The notes beneath the pieces are model-generated. The model saw nothing but the letters and a program-made list of their open reading frames with translations. It did no database searches and was not told where the DNA came from. From assembly GCF_052425735.1 (NCBI RefSeq), contig NC_135765.1:27218001-27282000 (forward strand): DNA of 64,000 bases, written 5' to 3'. Positions 20,601 to 31,092 of the stretch are shown here, in pieces. Source of the DNA: Oculina patagonica. Lineage: Eukaryota. A program made the position numbers and the translations under genes. The number at the start of each line of letters is the position of its first letter. Position 1 is the first letter of the stretch.

Positions 20601-23338
20601 TATATATTCTAAAATTACAACTTTATAATTTGCATTTGTTAATGGCGACAGAATGACGCCGAAACGTCCTAGGGTATCATTTTGGATGCAAATTCTTTCT
20701 AAAACGGGGTGCTACTTTGGAGACCCGGGCGGCACATACCCACTCAAAACATGTACCTGAACACGCGCTGCAATGTAGGCATTGTAAGCAGTATTGTGTA
20801 CCAAGGCCTTAACAGTACAATGCTCAAGCCATGACGTAATTGGTGAGTTGCATGGAACAAGTTCTTCCCTTTAATACCATTATTAATAAGGTCTGTCACG
20901 CAATGCTGTCATGCAAACCGGAAAAATCGTTTCGTGATGGTGACACAAACGCCTGCAAAAGAGACTACAAAATGATCCCAGAAGTGATCCCTTGTGATAT
21001 AGCACCCAGATATTAAAGTTTAACTTTTTTTAATTTTATTATTTTCTTTCAGAAATGGAAGAAACAAAATATGATTTCGTTCCACCAACAACAGCCGAGA
21101 CGCCCGCACACGCGCGCTCCTCGCACGGGCTTCGAGGCAGGCGGACGAACAACTCCAAGCAAAGCGGCCATCAACGAGATTCCGACTCCCAGGGGAGTAG
21201 CGGCTCATTACAGGGTGTTAGTATAGGAAATGGTAAAAGTAAGTATGACCCTGTAAATGCTGTGTTTCTTGTTAAAGATAAAGATAGAGCAGTTTTCAAT
21301 TGAGTGCCGTAAAACCAAAACCAAAGTAATTACTCTGGCCAATCACAAAGGACACAGACAATCCAGTGAACCAATCAAAACTCGAAGCAAATACATGTAG
21401 CTGACACGAAGCGCGGAAAAACGTGCGCGAGCGAGTCACGATTGGTTTTGATATAACTCCTGATTGGCTGAGAAAGTGACGCGAGATTTTTAAGCCAATT
21501 ACTAAGCGTAGTAATGCAAAACCGAAGCAAACGCAATTTACTTTCGACACTCAAGTGAAAAACGCTCTAAAGATAAGATTATTTTTGCCACTCCAATAAA
21601 AATGGGTTTTCGGTGTCAAATTACAATAACATGTTTTAAAAATGTACAGTTAAAAAGAAATAAAAATCATCCTATTATAAAAGGTCTACGTATAAAAGGG
21701 TTTTATAAATCCATAAAATTCTTCCAAGCGCGACTCTTAATAGCAGCCTTAAAATAACTCAAACTGTTCACATCTGTTAGAGTCCGAGGTAATTCATTTC
21801 AAAGCCGAGTAGCTCTAAATACAAATGATTGCTGGCCGGTAGCTGTTTTGAATAACGGTACGACCAACTTGTTTCTGTGTCTAGTATTGAGAGAATTAAC
21901 ATCAGCTCTGCTGGTTTTCACTGTCACGCAATCAAAAAATAAATTCAAAACCATTCAACGACAGAAGCTATGAATTTTAAATATTATAGACGATAAATAG
22001 ATAAACAATTTCTCCAAGTTTCAGGTCTGTGCGGTGTACCGTTCGCGAGTTATCTGGAACTCATACTGTTTACAACACGGTCGGCAATCTTTGGCTCATG
22101 AGCTAGTACAGTTTCACATAAATACCACTTATTATATCTGAAATGTTCAATCTGCAGAAAATGGAAAGGAAAGGCCTTTTTTCAAACAAAACAGTTTTGT
22201 CACGGCACTCAGCTTGATGTCACATTACGACGGAAAACTCAAATATTCAAAATGCTCTGTAGAGAAAACGAATGACACTATCGATCTGGAAATTTGCAAA
22301 AATATATATTTTTAGTTTATCTTACGTCTAATGACAACGAAAATTTAGAAGGCCTAGTGAATTTTTATTTCAGAATTTTGTGACGTAACATGAAAATCAA
22401 GAATAAATTTGCTGCGCAAATATGCTGGGCTAGTCCGCTCAAACATTTTAAAGCCATTACAGCGTCTCTGACTTCAAGCTGCCAAGCAACTGGCAACCAA
22501 TGGAGTTGCTTTAACGAAAGGATGATGTGGTCAAATTTTCTTGTCCAGGTGGCAACCCTAGCCGCAAAGTTTTGCACTTTCTGAAATCGAGCAATGTTTT
22601 TCTTTGTTGTACTGGCCCAAACTGATGAACAGTAAAACATTTTACTGAAAACCAGAGAATTAGTCGATCGTTTTGTCGCTGAGTCGACATGTCTTTCAAA
22701 CATAATGCTGACCTTACCACAGCATGAAAACACAACTTTACTGTGGTGTAAAGTTCAAGTAAAGCTGGCATAAATTTGGAATTTAATCAGCTTTACGCTA
22801 ACTTTTTAATTTTTTTTAAAGCTGACCTTTATGCCAGCATTACACTCAAGTTAATTTTAAAGGCAGGGTAATGAGACTTCTTTACACCAACTTTAAATCA
22901 CATTTACACATGGTAGCGTAAAGATTAGTTTACTCACCTTTAAAAACATTTCATTGATGGTGTTAAGTTGGATAACCAACTTTAAACCAGATTTAACCAC
23001 CTTTAATTTCACGTAAATCCCAATTTTCATGCCGTGTTCGTTTCTGTTATTTTGTCGTAGGTAAGATTTTAGTTCGGGAACTTCCCGGGAATGTTTTTGT
23101 CGATTTGGGGCTGCTCCTCAACCCAAAGTCCAGCAAAAACTGGATAACTCTGGCTGGTCATCTCAAATTCACTGCAAATGAGGTGAAAAACCTGGAACTT
23201 TGTCCAGAGGAGGCCACGCAGAGACTGCTAGGGGAATGGGGACAACGAGATGGCTCAACGGTCGACATCCTAATCAACATCTTGAAAAAAATGAAGCGAG
23301 ACGATTGTTTGGAAGTCCTTAAGCAGTGGGATACATAA
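5634..23338 (+). CDS. TNF receptor superfamily, p75NTR/TNFRSF16-like death receptor, 415 aa; join(5634..5651,17583..17744,18220..18465,19383..19545,20056..20250,21053..21238,23061..23338)
   Basis: All introns are GT-AG with compatible phases (1248 nt in total). Signal peptide MEFKILIFIVSALLGTMYA, four 6-Cys CRDs, S/T/P-rich stalk, TM helix followed by RRRR, and a C-terminal death domain. Confidence 0.88.
8520..9511. repeat. Tandem repeat, ~193-204 bp unit, ~5 copies
   Basis: The motif GAATATAAAGTCACA recurs, with minor variants, at about 8531, 8733, 8937, 9131 and 9324. Confidence 0.9.
11201..11874. mobile_element. Near-perfect 674-bp foldback non-autonomous DNA transposon flanked by TTAA (Kolobok-like)
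   Basis: Termini GGTGGCTGG...CCAGCCACC with TTAA at 11197-11200 and 11875-11878. The arms are reverse complements around a 12-bp spacer (11532-11543). Confidence 0.8.
12004..13469. mobile_element. 1.47-kb foldback element with 7-bp TSD (P-superfamily/Galileo-like architecture)
   Basis: Termini CACAGGTAG...CTACCTGTG. CTTAAAC is duplicated at 11997-12003 and 13470-13476. Arms are ~720 bp and each contains a ~170-bp direct repeat. Confidence 0.8.
15713..16191. mobile_element. Non-autonomous element with ~140-bp terminal hairpin (copy 1)
   Basis: A near-identical reverse-complement copy lies at 25111-25603. Confidence 0.8.
16213..16620 (+). mobile_element. 5'-inverted Penelope-like retroelement 3' fragment
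   Basis: The minus strand encodes DRDPHWYKRRVKEAIHIRLYPNNINRD (GIY-YIG C-terminus). The plus strand continues EAWMPTIKKHNN and is followed by a hammerhead ribozyme. Confidence 0.8.
16497..16540 (+). ncRNA. Minimal type I hammerhead ribozyme
   Basis: ATCGC-CTGATGA-A-GACT(loop)AGTC-GAAA-CGTC^GCGAT: stems I and II, intact core and palindromic mini stem III. Confidence 0.85.
16684..16970. mobile_element. Non-autonomous element with terminal hairpin (related fragment at ~14835-14975)
   Basis: Inverted repeat TGTTTCATCGG..ATCCAAACACC / GGTGTTTGGATA.CCGATGAAACA. It is absent from the homologous block in intron 3. Confidence 0.65.
17583..17744 (+). CDS. TNFR exon 2 (signal peptide end + CRD1)
   Basis: tttttAG acceptor and GTAAGA donor; encodes CCKFCPVGTFLKHPC. 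Confidence 0.9.
18220..18465 (+). CDS. TNFR exon 3 (CRD2-CRD3)
   Basis: aacAG acceptor and GTTAGT donor; encodes CEPCRKC...CMDCRKCTVGEGVVSQC. Confidence 0.9.
19383..19545 (+). CDS. TNFR exon 4 (CRD4 + stalk)
   Basis: tatAG acceptor and GTAAGA donor; encodes GTFSSKESYEEHCIQCSKCEPGGIVLEECNASRDTIC. Not in the ORF track. Confidence 0.9.
19702..19795. repeat. (TCACGCY)n heptamer minisatellite
   Basis: About 13 degenerate copies. Confidence 0.8.
20056..20250 (+). CDS. TNFR exon 5 (transmembrane helix)
   Basis: tgcAG acceptor and GTACAT donor; encodes LIYVLGISFAVVFVIVIVFAIYCLWRRRR. Confidence 0.9.
20421..20668 (+). mobile_element. Penelope-like 3' fragment nested in a MITE (~20350-20760)
   Basis: Encodes ILKKCRGKLECLIYEMLFIKEIRPTLNTQADSIRGKLFN* (20425-20544; GIY-YIG C-terminus), followed by a degenerate hammerhead ending in GAAACGTC. 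The host carries inverted repeats GGTATGTGCCGC/GCGGCACATACC. Confidence 0.75.
21053..21238 (+). CDS. TNFR exon 6 (cytoplasmic linker)
   Basis: Strong pyrimidine tract plus AG. Donor GTAAGT at 21239, with an alternative same-phase GT at 21233. Confidence 0.8.
21285..21569. mobile_element. MITE with imperfect TIRs (TAGAGCAGTTTTCA...TGAAAAACGCTCTA)
   Basis: Imperfect TIRs, TA at both ends and internal CCAATCA/TGATTGG motifs. Confidence 0.75.
21910..22407. mobile_element. Non-autonomous TIR element (degenerate)
   Basis: Imperfect TIRs TGGTTTTCACTGTCAC / GTGACGTAACATGAAAATCA. Confidence 0.45.
22425..22680 (-). mobile_element. LINE (L2/CR1 group) reverse-transcriptase C-terminal fragment
   Basis: Encodes LVFSKMFYCSSVW...QKVQNFAARV...KFDHI...LKQLHWLPV. 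Confidence 0.85.
22718..23036. mobile_element. CACAG-terminated MITE (EnSpm/CACTA-like), copy 1
   Basis: TIRs CACAGCATGAAAA / TTTTCATGCCGTG. An inverted copy lies at 31711-32017. Confidence 0.7.
23061..23338 (+). CDS. TNFR exon 7 (death domain)
   Basis: cgtAG acceptor. NWITLAGHLKF...RLLGEWGQRDGSTVDILINILKKMKRDDCLEVL fits the death-domain pattern. Confidence 0.9.
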
Positions 23339-24712
23339 AGATCTGCTCAAAGAGGAACTGTGATGTCAAAGCGACGATATGCTAGACTTCAGATGATTAC
23401 TTTAGAAGTTCTGCGTCGAGAAACCTCGTTTGTTTTTTCGCTATACGTATACGCAACCATTTTGTTCAACTTCAAGTTGAAAAGTCTTGATATTATGGCA
23501 GAACCAAGCTAAAGATTAACCAAAAAAGCACCATAGATCTTAAGGCAATTGGTTGAACATTTTCTGTGAAACATTCCCCTTCACAGGAAGGCACATTTTT
23601 ACCCGTTTATAGCCGAGTCGTTTGTTTCTTGAACTTATTTTATGGTTGAACTAACGCGTAGAAATTTCGCGCTGTTTACAAAGCGAACAACTAGAGCACT
23701 GCTGTTTCCCAGAACGGAGAAGGGTGGGTACCCTAAGAAGAGAAAAACAAAATTACGCAAAAAGTGAAAGAATAATTAGTGATTGTCATATTTTGAATTC
23801 AAAGTTTTTGTAGGGGAGTGTGAAGCAACGGTTCCTACGTAGAGCTACGTCAAAGCTAGGTCATCAATATAGAATTTTGGAGGCGTTTCACGAACGGTGA
23901 TAACTTAGCACGTGAAGAGGGCGTCTGTTAACTCGCGTTAAGTAGAGATGTATATATAAAAGTAAGTTATAGTTAATAGTTTTAAAAGTAAGTGACTTTT
24001 CTCATATATCTGGCCTTCGCAACATGCCGCTAAGAGGTAAACCACTCGTCAAGCTAAAAAAGGCGCTTGATGAACACAAACCAGTAATTTATAAAATGCT
24101 ATTTTGCTACTCACATGTTTCAACGCTGATTGTAAATGAAAAGAGTTTAATTTAAAGTTTATAAATGTACATCTGGAATATCAAAAACCAAGGAAAAGTG
24201 AAAAATATCGAGTCAAATGAAATAGAACTGAAATTTTTTTTATAAATTACGTTGCAAGAAAATGATAATGAAAATTTGGAGGAAAAAAGGAAAAATATAT
24301 GGTCAAAAGGTTCAAATTAAAAATATACAGTGTAAAAAGGACAAAAAAGGAACAAGTTCGAAATAGGAGTCGTTTATTTTTATATAGTTTGCTCAAAGAC
24401 TGAAATGTTTTTGCACGTTATGTCCTTTATAAAAGAATGTATTTTTGGACGATACGAGACATAGTTGTAGAAGAATTGTTTTGGTTTAAATCGTAAGAAA
24501 AAAAAATGAAGGCTTTTGAAAAGAGTATATTTGTAATGGTATTGTTGTAAATATTAATTGTTAAAAAATAATTCTGAAAAACTGAATTTTCACCAAATAA
24601 AAGCCCAACATCTGCTACACATTACGTACTGGCTGGGTAAATCAAGTATACAGTCCGCCCAAGCAACAAATTCGCGGAAAAAGGTCACTTCTGAATGTTT
24701 CTAATTGATACA

Positions 24713-24890
24713 CAGGGATGTTGCTAAGGGCCTGCTGCCGGCTAATTTAACCAGCTGAAATAGAACTTAAATCCGGCTGAAATTTCACCTGAAAACAAAG
24801 ACTTAGGTAAAGGTTTAGAGCTGCCAAGGCCAGAAAAGCCAGCTGGGCTTGTTGATGAGCCGGCTCAGTGTTTTCTTAGCTACATCCCTG
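24713..24890. mobile_element. hAT-like MITE with 6-bp TSD
   Basis: TIRs CAGGGATGTTGCTAAG / CTTAGCTACATCCCTG. GATACA on both sides; empty site in copy B at ~34658. Confidence 0.8.
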
Positions 24891-25110
24891 GATACAATGG
24901 AATTTAAGCAAACCGCAACAAAGACGAAGCCATTTTGAAACCCCTTCCTGGTGGGGATGTTCCCTTGTTCCCTAAAAGTAGTTTGTCGATTTTTGCGATC
25001 CCTGTTCCCTAAAATATCAAAAACACAGCTTGATTTTCCTTTTGTTCCCTTGTTCCTAATTTGTTTGAAGTTGCAATTCAGTGAGGAGACTTACCAATGA
25101 CATAAAATAA

Positions 25111-25603
25111 ATAGAGGATATTACATGGTTGCGCGGAGATATGAAATTTATCTTCGAGTGTTCAAATCGATATCTCACGAGTGAGCGCAGCGAACGAGTG
25201 GGATATTGAATTGAACACGAGAAGATAAATTTCATATCTCCAAGCAACCATGTAATATTCTGTTTATTATATAAACCTACTAATTACGATGGTTTTGACG
25301 ATTTTCCGAAGATTACCGACCATTTTCCGAAGATTTCCGAAGATTTGCAAAATGTTGTCCGAAGGTCGTACGAATGTTTCCGAACATTTTCCGAACTTTT
25401 CCGAAGATTGTCGAGGAAGATCCGAAAATGTTTTGACTTAATATCGATTGACTTTGGCTCATTCAGCATTGAAACAAGGCAAACTGGTCGTAAAATGTTT
25501 GAAAATCGATATCTTGTGAAAATAACATGTTATTTTCACGTGTGAAGATATGATTTTTTCGCGCGAAAGATTTCCTGGTATTTCACTGATGTTTATATAA
25601 TAA
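25111..25603. mobile_element. Non-autonomous element with terminal hairpin (copy 2)
   Basis: Reverse complement of 15713-16191; absent from copy B at ~34935. Confidence 0.8.
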
Positions 25604-25769
25604 AGCAAATTAACAAAATAATTCTTCCATTCCTTAAAATCAGCCCTCTCCGTCCGACGCTTCCCCGATCTTTTATACACTTCCTTTTTTCATACGCAGT
25701 GTATAGCACTTTCTTTTTTCACACGCAATAGCACTTCCAAATATCCAAACATTTTAGAAATATATATAG

Positions 25770-26825
25770 ATTACTTCATAGAAAGTGCGCCGTACGGATT
25801 TATATTCACGAGTTGCAAAATTTTGGGAAACGAACGAGTGAGCGTAGCGAACGAGTGAGTTTTCCAAAGTTTTGCAACGAGTGAATAAAAATCCGTACAA
25901 AGCACTTTCTATGCTGTAATTTGTTTATTATATATATAACGAGAATTCAACCATTGAGCACTTTACGCCGATTTTTCCAGTTTATAACCTTTAGGTCCTT
26001 TAGCATACAACAGTTAAACGGCGCGAGAAAACAAAGCTGCAAATGCACATAGCTTTACAAGCGAATTCGCTATTTCAATAATATGAAAGAAAAATTACTG
26101 GCGACAAACTCTCCTAGCAAGAACTTTATTTAAATAAACACACTGCGTTACATTTATAAACTTCGTATCGCATCGAGGAAACTTCGCCACAAGCGAATAA
26201 ACTACAGGCGAATCAACTGGCGAATTTTGAACAAATTGTGACAACACAAGGAGTCGGTTAATTAAACTATAATTACGACGTAAATCCAATTAAAAAATAC
26301 AATTTACTTTACCAAGACGATCCCAAGAGTTCCTGAATACTCTTAGAAAGTCCTTGGATGTGTTGTAAGTTCCGATGAAAGTCTTGTCTTCAACTCGCTT
26401 TCACTTATCGACACTTCGCCTTCGCCTGTCTTCACTTCGCCTTTGAAGAGTGATTCTTATCACTGCTGTATTCGTTATGTTTTGCTTAGCGTGTTTCTGT
26501 TGGCTTGCATTTCCATTAAGTTCTTAAAAGGCAAACTTTTGTAAAGGAAGAAAACGTGTAGCCATGTTTTCAAAACATAAACTGCCGTCGAGAGCAAACT
26601 TGCCGCTCGCTCTCTCAACCTCGTTGGAAACCATTTAAATTCTCGCGCTGTGATTGGTTTAGTCGTACTAGTCTAGATGCTGATTGGTTATATTTTTCAC
26701 ATGTGAAGAAAGCTATACGCGAAGCTGATTGGACGTATCGCTTTTTTCACATGTGAAAATATAGCAAATATAGAATTCTATTTGCAAGGTTTATTGCTTA
26801 AAATTCTCGCTATATATATAATAAA
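25770..26825. mobile_element. ~1-kb non-autonomous element with terminal hairpin
   Basis: Hairpin CATAGAAAGTGC...GCACTTTCTATG, then a TTTATTATATA ... TATATAATAAA offset inverted pair; absent from copy B. Confidence 0.65.
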
Positions 26826-27649
26826 AAATAGATTTCAATGATAAGTCCTTGGATTTTTAAATTGTATAAGTCTGTTTAGGAAGCCTTTTAAACAGAAAAA
26901 GCTACAGTGGCATTTTATGATTATCATCATGGAATGCTTTTACCTATAAATTTAGTTTAAAATCATCCGCCGGTTTTTTCTTTTTCTTAACAGTTCAACC
27001 CTAAACGAGTCCTGGACGACTCAAAACGGGACAAAACTCCCGGTGTTGTGGTCTGGTGTTTGCCTCTACGTAGAGAGACGGCGAAGCGTTTTGACCGGGA
27101 GGGGGTGTCGTACAAAAAGCCAAGCGACACCCCCCTTAAACTTTTTGGGTTGTTTTTTTTTTAGTCGTCGGAGGGCATAAAATGAAGTCGCCGATGCCGC
27201 AGGCAATGTCAAATACAATCCTAACAGCTTGCAAACCTCTCCTAGAAGCGTTTTTGGGAGAGGAGTTTCGTTGAAAGTCCTATTATTTCGCTAAGCACGA
27301 TCCTGATAAAAAGATTTGTGAAAAAAACACGAGACTGAATATCTTGATAAACCAATTTTATGCTGCGCTAACGATACTTCAGGGATTGAAATGTGAAGGG
27401 CTGGGCCCCTCAAAGTTTTTGTTTGGGGTGGGGGGGGGGGGGAGGGGGCACAGCCAGCAACCATTACCCCCTTGCTCTGCCGCCTATGGCGTAGGCTGTC
27501 AAGGTTGGGCTTGGAATGCTAGGAGAGGGTGAATAAAGTACTCATTTCAGTTTAGATCAGGACTTAGAAAACTGTTTAATGTATGTTTGCGTAATACAGC
27601 AAGGAAATACAGCGGAAGAAAACAGAAAAAAAATGCGTTCACATCTTAA

Positions 27650-28564
27650 TCAACACAAAATATGCTTCATGGCTGTGCGAATCTCTCGATCTCGCCAACA
27701 GTACAACAAAGGGTTCAGAGAGGAATTAAGGAAGATTAATGTAGCTGCAGTATAATAAACACCTGGCCAAAGCCTTAGTCCTACAAGAAACATTTTGAAA
27801 ACGATAGAATAAGGCAAGTAACAAAAGAGAAGTAAAATAAACACGATAAATGTGTTGAAAACAGTTTTCTTAAATCTTATTACCCTGCGAACTACACTTT
27901 CTTCTTCTTGTTGATGATGATGATGATGATGATGATGATAATAATGATGAATTTGTCTTTGATGGCGTCTTACAATGAGGTAGATTTTCAAATAAACACC
28001 AAAGTTTCCAGCTAGTAGGCAGAGAAATACGAATGATGGAACTGTGTCACATAATGTCGAGTACCATAAACATGAACTTGTAAAAATTCCAGTGAAAACC
28101 CAAATCGAGACAACAATCCATGTGACACGAAACGGTGTCACCACTGCACGGTATCTCAAATGCAACTGAAGAGCAAGCAAGCGATCGACTGCAATTGCTG
28201 TTATGGTAATGAATGAAACGATGGTCAAAAAAGTACCCAAAATGTCACCAAGTTTGAAAAGAGTATGTTCTCCACTTAGCATGTGCCCTATAAACAAGGG
28301 CTGAACAAGCAAGCCGACAGCAAGGTCTGATACAGCAAGACTTGCTAGCAAGATGTTTGTCGCCGAATGCAATGAAGGCGTCTTCCAAATTGTTATTAGG
28401 AGCGCTGTGTTTCCAAACAGTGCCGTGAAGCAGATAATAGCGTGAATTACGCATATTGCTATCATGTAGTTTAGTACCAGTTCAGAAAAGTCGAGCTTAG
28501 AAAGGTGTTCACCTGATATGTTCTTGTCAGAATTATTGACGTACCAAGAATTATTTTTATCCAT
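27650..28564 (-). CDS. Intronless class A GPCR, subfamily A copy 1 (304 aa)
   Basis: Seven hydrophobic helices; GN, LAVSD, DRL, CYLPY and NPLLY motifs; polyH in ICL3. Confidence 0.93.
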   Translation of the reverse strand: MDKNNSWYVNNSDKNISGEHLSKLDFSELVLNYMIAICVIHAIICFTALFGNTALLITIWKTPSLHSATNILLASLAVSDLAVGLLVQPLFIGHMLSGEHTLFKLGDILGTFLTIVSFITITAIAVDRLLALQLHLRYRAVVTPFRVTWIVVSIWVFTGIFTSSCLWYSTLCDTVPSFVFLCLLAGNFGVYLKIYLIVRRHQRQIHHYYHHHHHHHHQQEEESVVRRVIRFKKTVFNTFIVFILLLFCYLPYSIVFKMFLVGLRLWPGVYYTAATLIFLNSSLNPLLYCWRDREIRTAMKHILC

Positions 28565-29315
28565 GGCTTATCCAAGCGTTCTTAAAAATTTTAGCTGCTT
28601 TCGTTGCCGTCTTCTTGCATTGTTGGATTAAAAAACACAATGGGAATAGAGTGTTGACCTTGAAGGAAGTTAATTATGTTTTATTTCATTACCGACCAGA
28701 GAGTAATAGTCAACAGCAAAGAAAATTTTAAACAGGATTCTGCAAATACGCCTGTCCTTTTCTCTTGCCAATTGTCATGTCATTATTATTCATTATTCTT
28801 GTTGGTCGAAAATGGGACAACATTTGAAAACCTTTTTAATTAAAATATTGCAGGGAAAACGTAATTTTAATACACATGTTGAAATGCTTAAAATAGAAAT
28901 CTAATTAATTTGGAAAGTGCATGTATGTATAATTGCATTTCAAGGTAATTTTGCGCTGAATGGAAAATTAAACAAAGGAAAAACGTCTATGAAAATTACA
29001 AGCTGAGAAAAAACACAAAGTGTACAAACAAAGTCCTTTTATCAGTTGCTTCATATAAATTTTAGGAATAAATATAAATGTTTTGTGTTATTCAGAAAGA
29101 GGATTTTCATTACAAGGCTAGATGAGGACAGGTGGTTATATAGAATCCCTTTTCAACATTCCCTCTGCTCTTGAAATGACTTTGGTGAGAGCCAAATAAA
29201 TGATTTATAAACTTCAGTCAGGGTTTTCATTGTATTCCAAGCTATTTGTTTTCCACAAATCAAGGCGACAACCAAAGCCGTTCTTGCTTTGAATGAAAGA
29301 AAACTCGAAAAAGCT

Positions 29316-30251
29316 ATGGAAAGTAATTTTTCTTGGCCTTCTAATGATTCTGATAAAAACAACGTTTTACGATTTAACAACTACTTTAAAGAAGAAATCA
29401 GTTTCTGGATCGCAATGGTTATAATCAATGCTATTATCTGCGTTACTGCGTTATTTGGAAACTCTGTGATTCTAGTTACAATTTGGAAGACATCTTCTCT
29501 GCATTCAGTAGCGAATATCTTACTGGCAAGCCTCGCTGTATCAGACCTTGCTGTTGGATTGATCGGCCAGCCCATGTATATTGGAGGCATTGTAAGCAGG
29601 AAGCATACATTTTTCTTAATTTTTAACATTATGGGTACATTCTTTAGCATGGCGTCTTTCCTCAACATAACAGCAATAGGTATCGATCGTTTGCTCGCTC
29701 TTGAATTACATTTGCGATATCATGTAGTAGTGACACCGTTTCGAGCGACTGCGCTCGTTATCTTTATTTGGGTCATTTCTGGTATTTTTGCTAGCGTCCG
29801 AAGCTGGCATTTAATGGTATTTTACAGTGCCCCAACAGCAACCTTTATCAGCCTTCTTCTTGTAAACTTTGTTGTTTATTTAAAAATCTATCTTATTGTT
29901 CGACGCCATCAGAGACAGATTCAACAACAAAATAATCAACAACAACAAGAGAATAACATTTTCAGAGTAAAAAGATTCAAGAGAACTGCTTTAAACACAT
30001 TTCTTGTATACATTTTACTTCTTTGTTGCTACACACCTTATTCCTGTGTCATCAGCTTTATGGTCATTGCAGGTGTAAACTTTCCACCAGGTTTTTATGT
30101 CACAACGTCTACATTAGTTTTCCTTAATTCCTCTTTAAACCCTTTATTGTACTGTTGGCGAGATCGAGAGATTCTGCACTGCCGTGAAGCAACTGTTTCG
30201 ACGTTGTTTTTAACGTATTTTATTCCAAGAGATATTGACCATGGTTTTTAA
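29316..30251 (+). CDS. Intronless class A GPCR, subfamily B copy 1 (C-tail frameshifted)
   Basis: 7TM with ATG at 29316 (the ORF track starts at a TTG). One extra base near 30177 alters the tail after WRDREI. Confidence 0.88.
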   Translation: MESNFSWPSNDSDKNNVLRFNNYFKEEISFWIAMVIINAIICVTALFGNSVILVTIWKTSSLHSVANILLASLAVSDLAVGLIGQPMYIGGIVSRKHTFFLIFNIMGTFFSMASFLNITAIGIDRLLALELHLRYHVVVTPFRATALVIFIWVISGIFASVRSWHLMVFYSAPTATFISLLLVNFVVYLKIYLIVRRHQRQIQQQNNQQQQENNIFRVKRFKRTALNTFLVYILLLCCYTPYSCVISFMVIAGVNFPPGFYVTTSTLVFLNSSLNPLLYCWRDREILHCREATVSTLFLTYFIPRDIDHGF

Positions 30252-30887
30252 AAGTTTTGGAATAATATATTAGGCGTTATTCAAACTAAAACCTTACAGG
30301 CGAAATTAGTTTCTCAGAAAGAAGTAAAAGTTTTTACTGCCCGACGTCTTTAGCACCCTTGATCGCTAACGCTTCGTCTTAAAAGACTAAGTGTTGCATA
30401 GAATGCACGTCGTTAAGTGGTTCATAGTGTGCAACGATGTTATTTAGAGATTTTCATACGGTTTTCCCCCTTTTGTCTACCTGCACAAATGTTTGGCAAT
30501 GTAAACAGCTTAAGGTGGCTTGAACAAAAATGTATATAAAGTTAACATCACGCACGAGTTTTTGTTATTTACATGCATATGAGGAAAAACCCCTTTCTTA
30601 TCAGACGTTTTAATATATCGGTGTCGTTTACTTTTTACCAGGTTCTTTTACTGGGTTTTTACCGGTTCTTTAATGTTCCTGGACATCTACGCCGTAACAT
30701 GTCTCTAAAATAGTTTCTTGTCTTTTAAATTTGTTATGTTGATTTTTACAAGCAACTTTTGGTTAATGGCGTGACTGCTTTAGTTTTGGAAAAGAACTGA
30801 TATATTAAATCACTTTGCGACGTGAAAACGAGGTGGCATCTTTAAGGTGCACAAGGCTGTGTACGCATCAGCTAAGTGAAATGGACA

Positions 30888-31092
30888 GGGGAGCAGGGTT
30901 GGTGCAGTTTCGAGAGCGCTCGCCTCCCACTTATGTGGCTCAGGTGCGATTCTGGCCCGGTATCATATCTGGGTTGAGTTTGTTGTTGGTTTTCGCCTTG
31001 CTCCGAGGGCAATTCTCCGGGTTCTCCGGGTTTCCTTCCTCCTGAAGAACCAATGTTTTCAAATTCCAATTCTACCAAGATAGAGGACTCGC
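30888..31092 (+). mobile_element. tRNA-derived SINE (degenerate)
   Basis: tRNA-like head with A/B-box remnants and a TTCTCCGGG..CTCCGG core; duplicated at 39653-39857. Confidence 0.7.
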
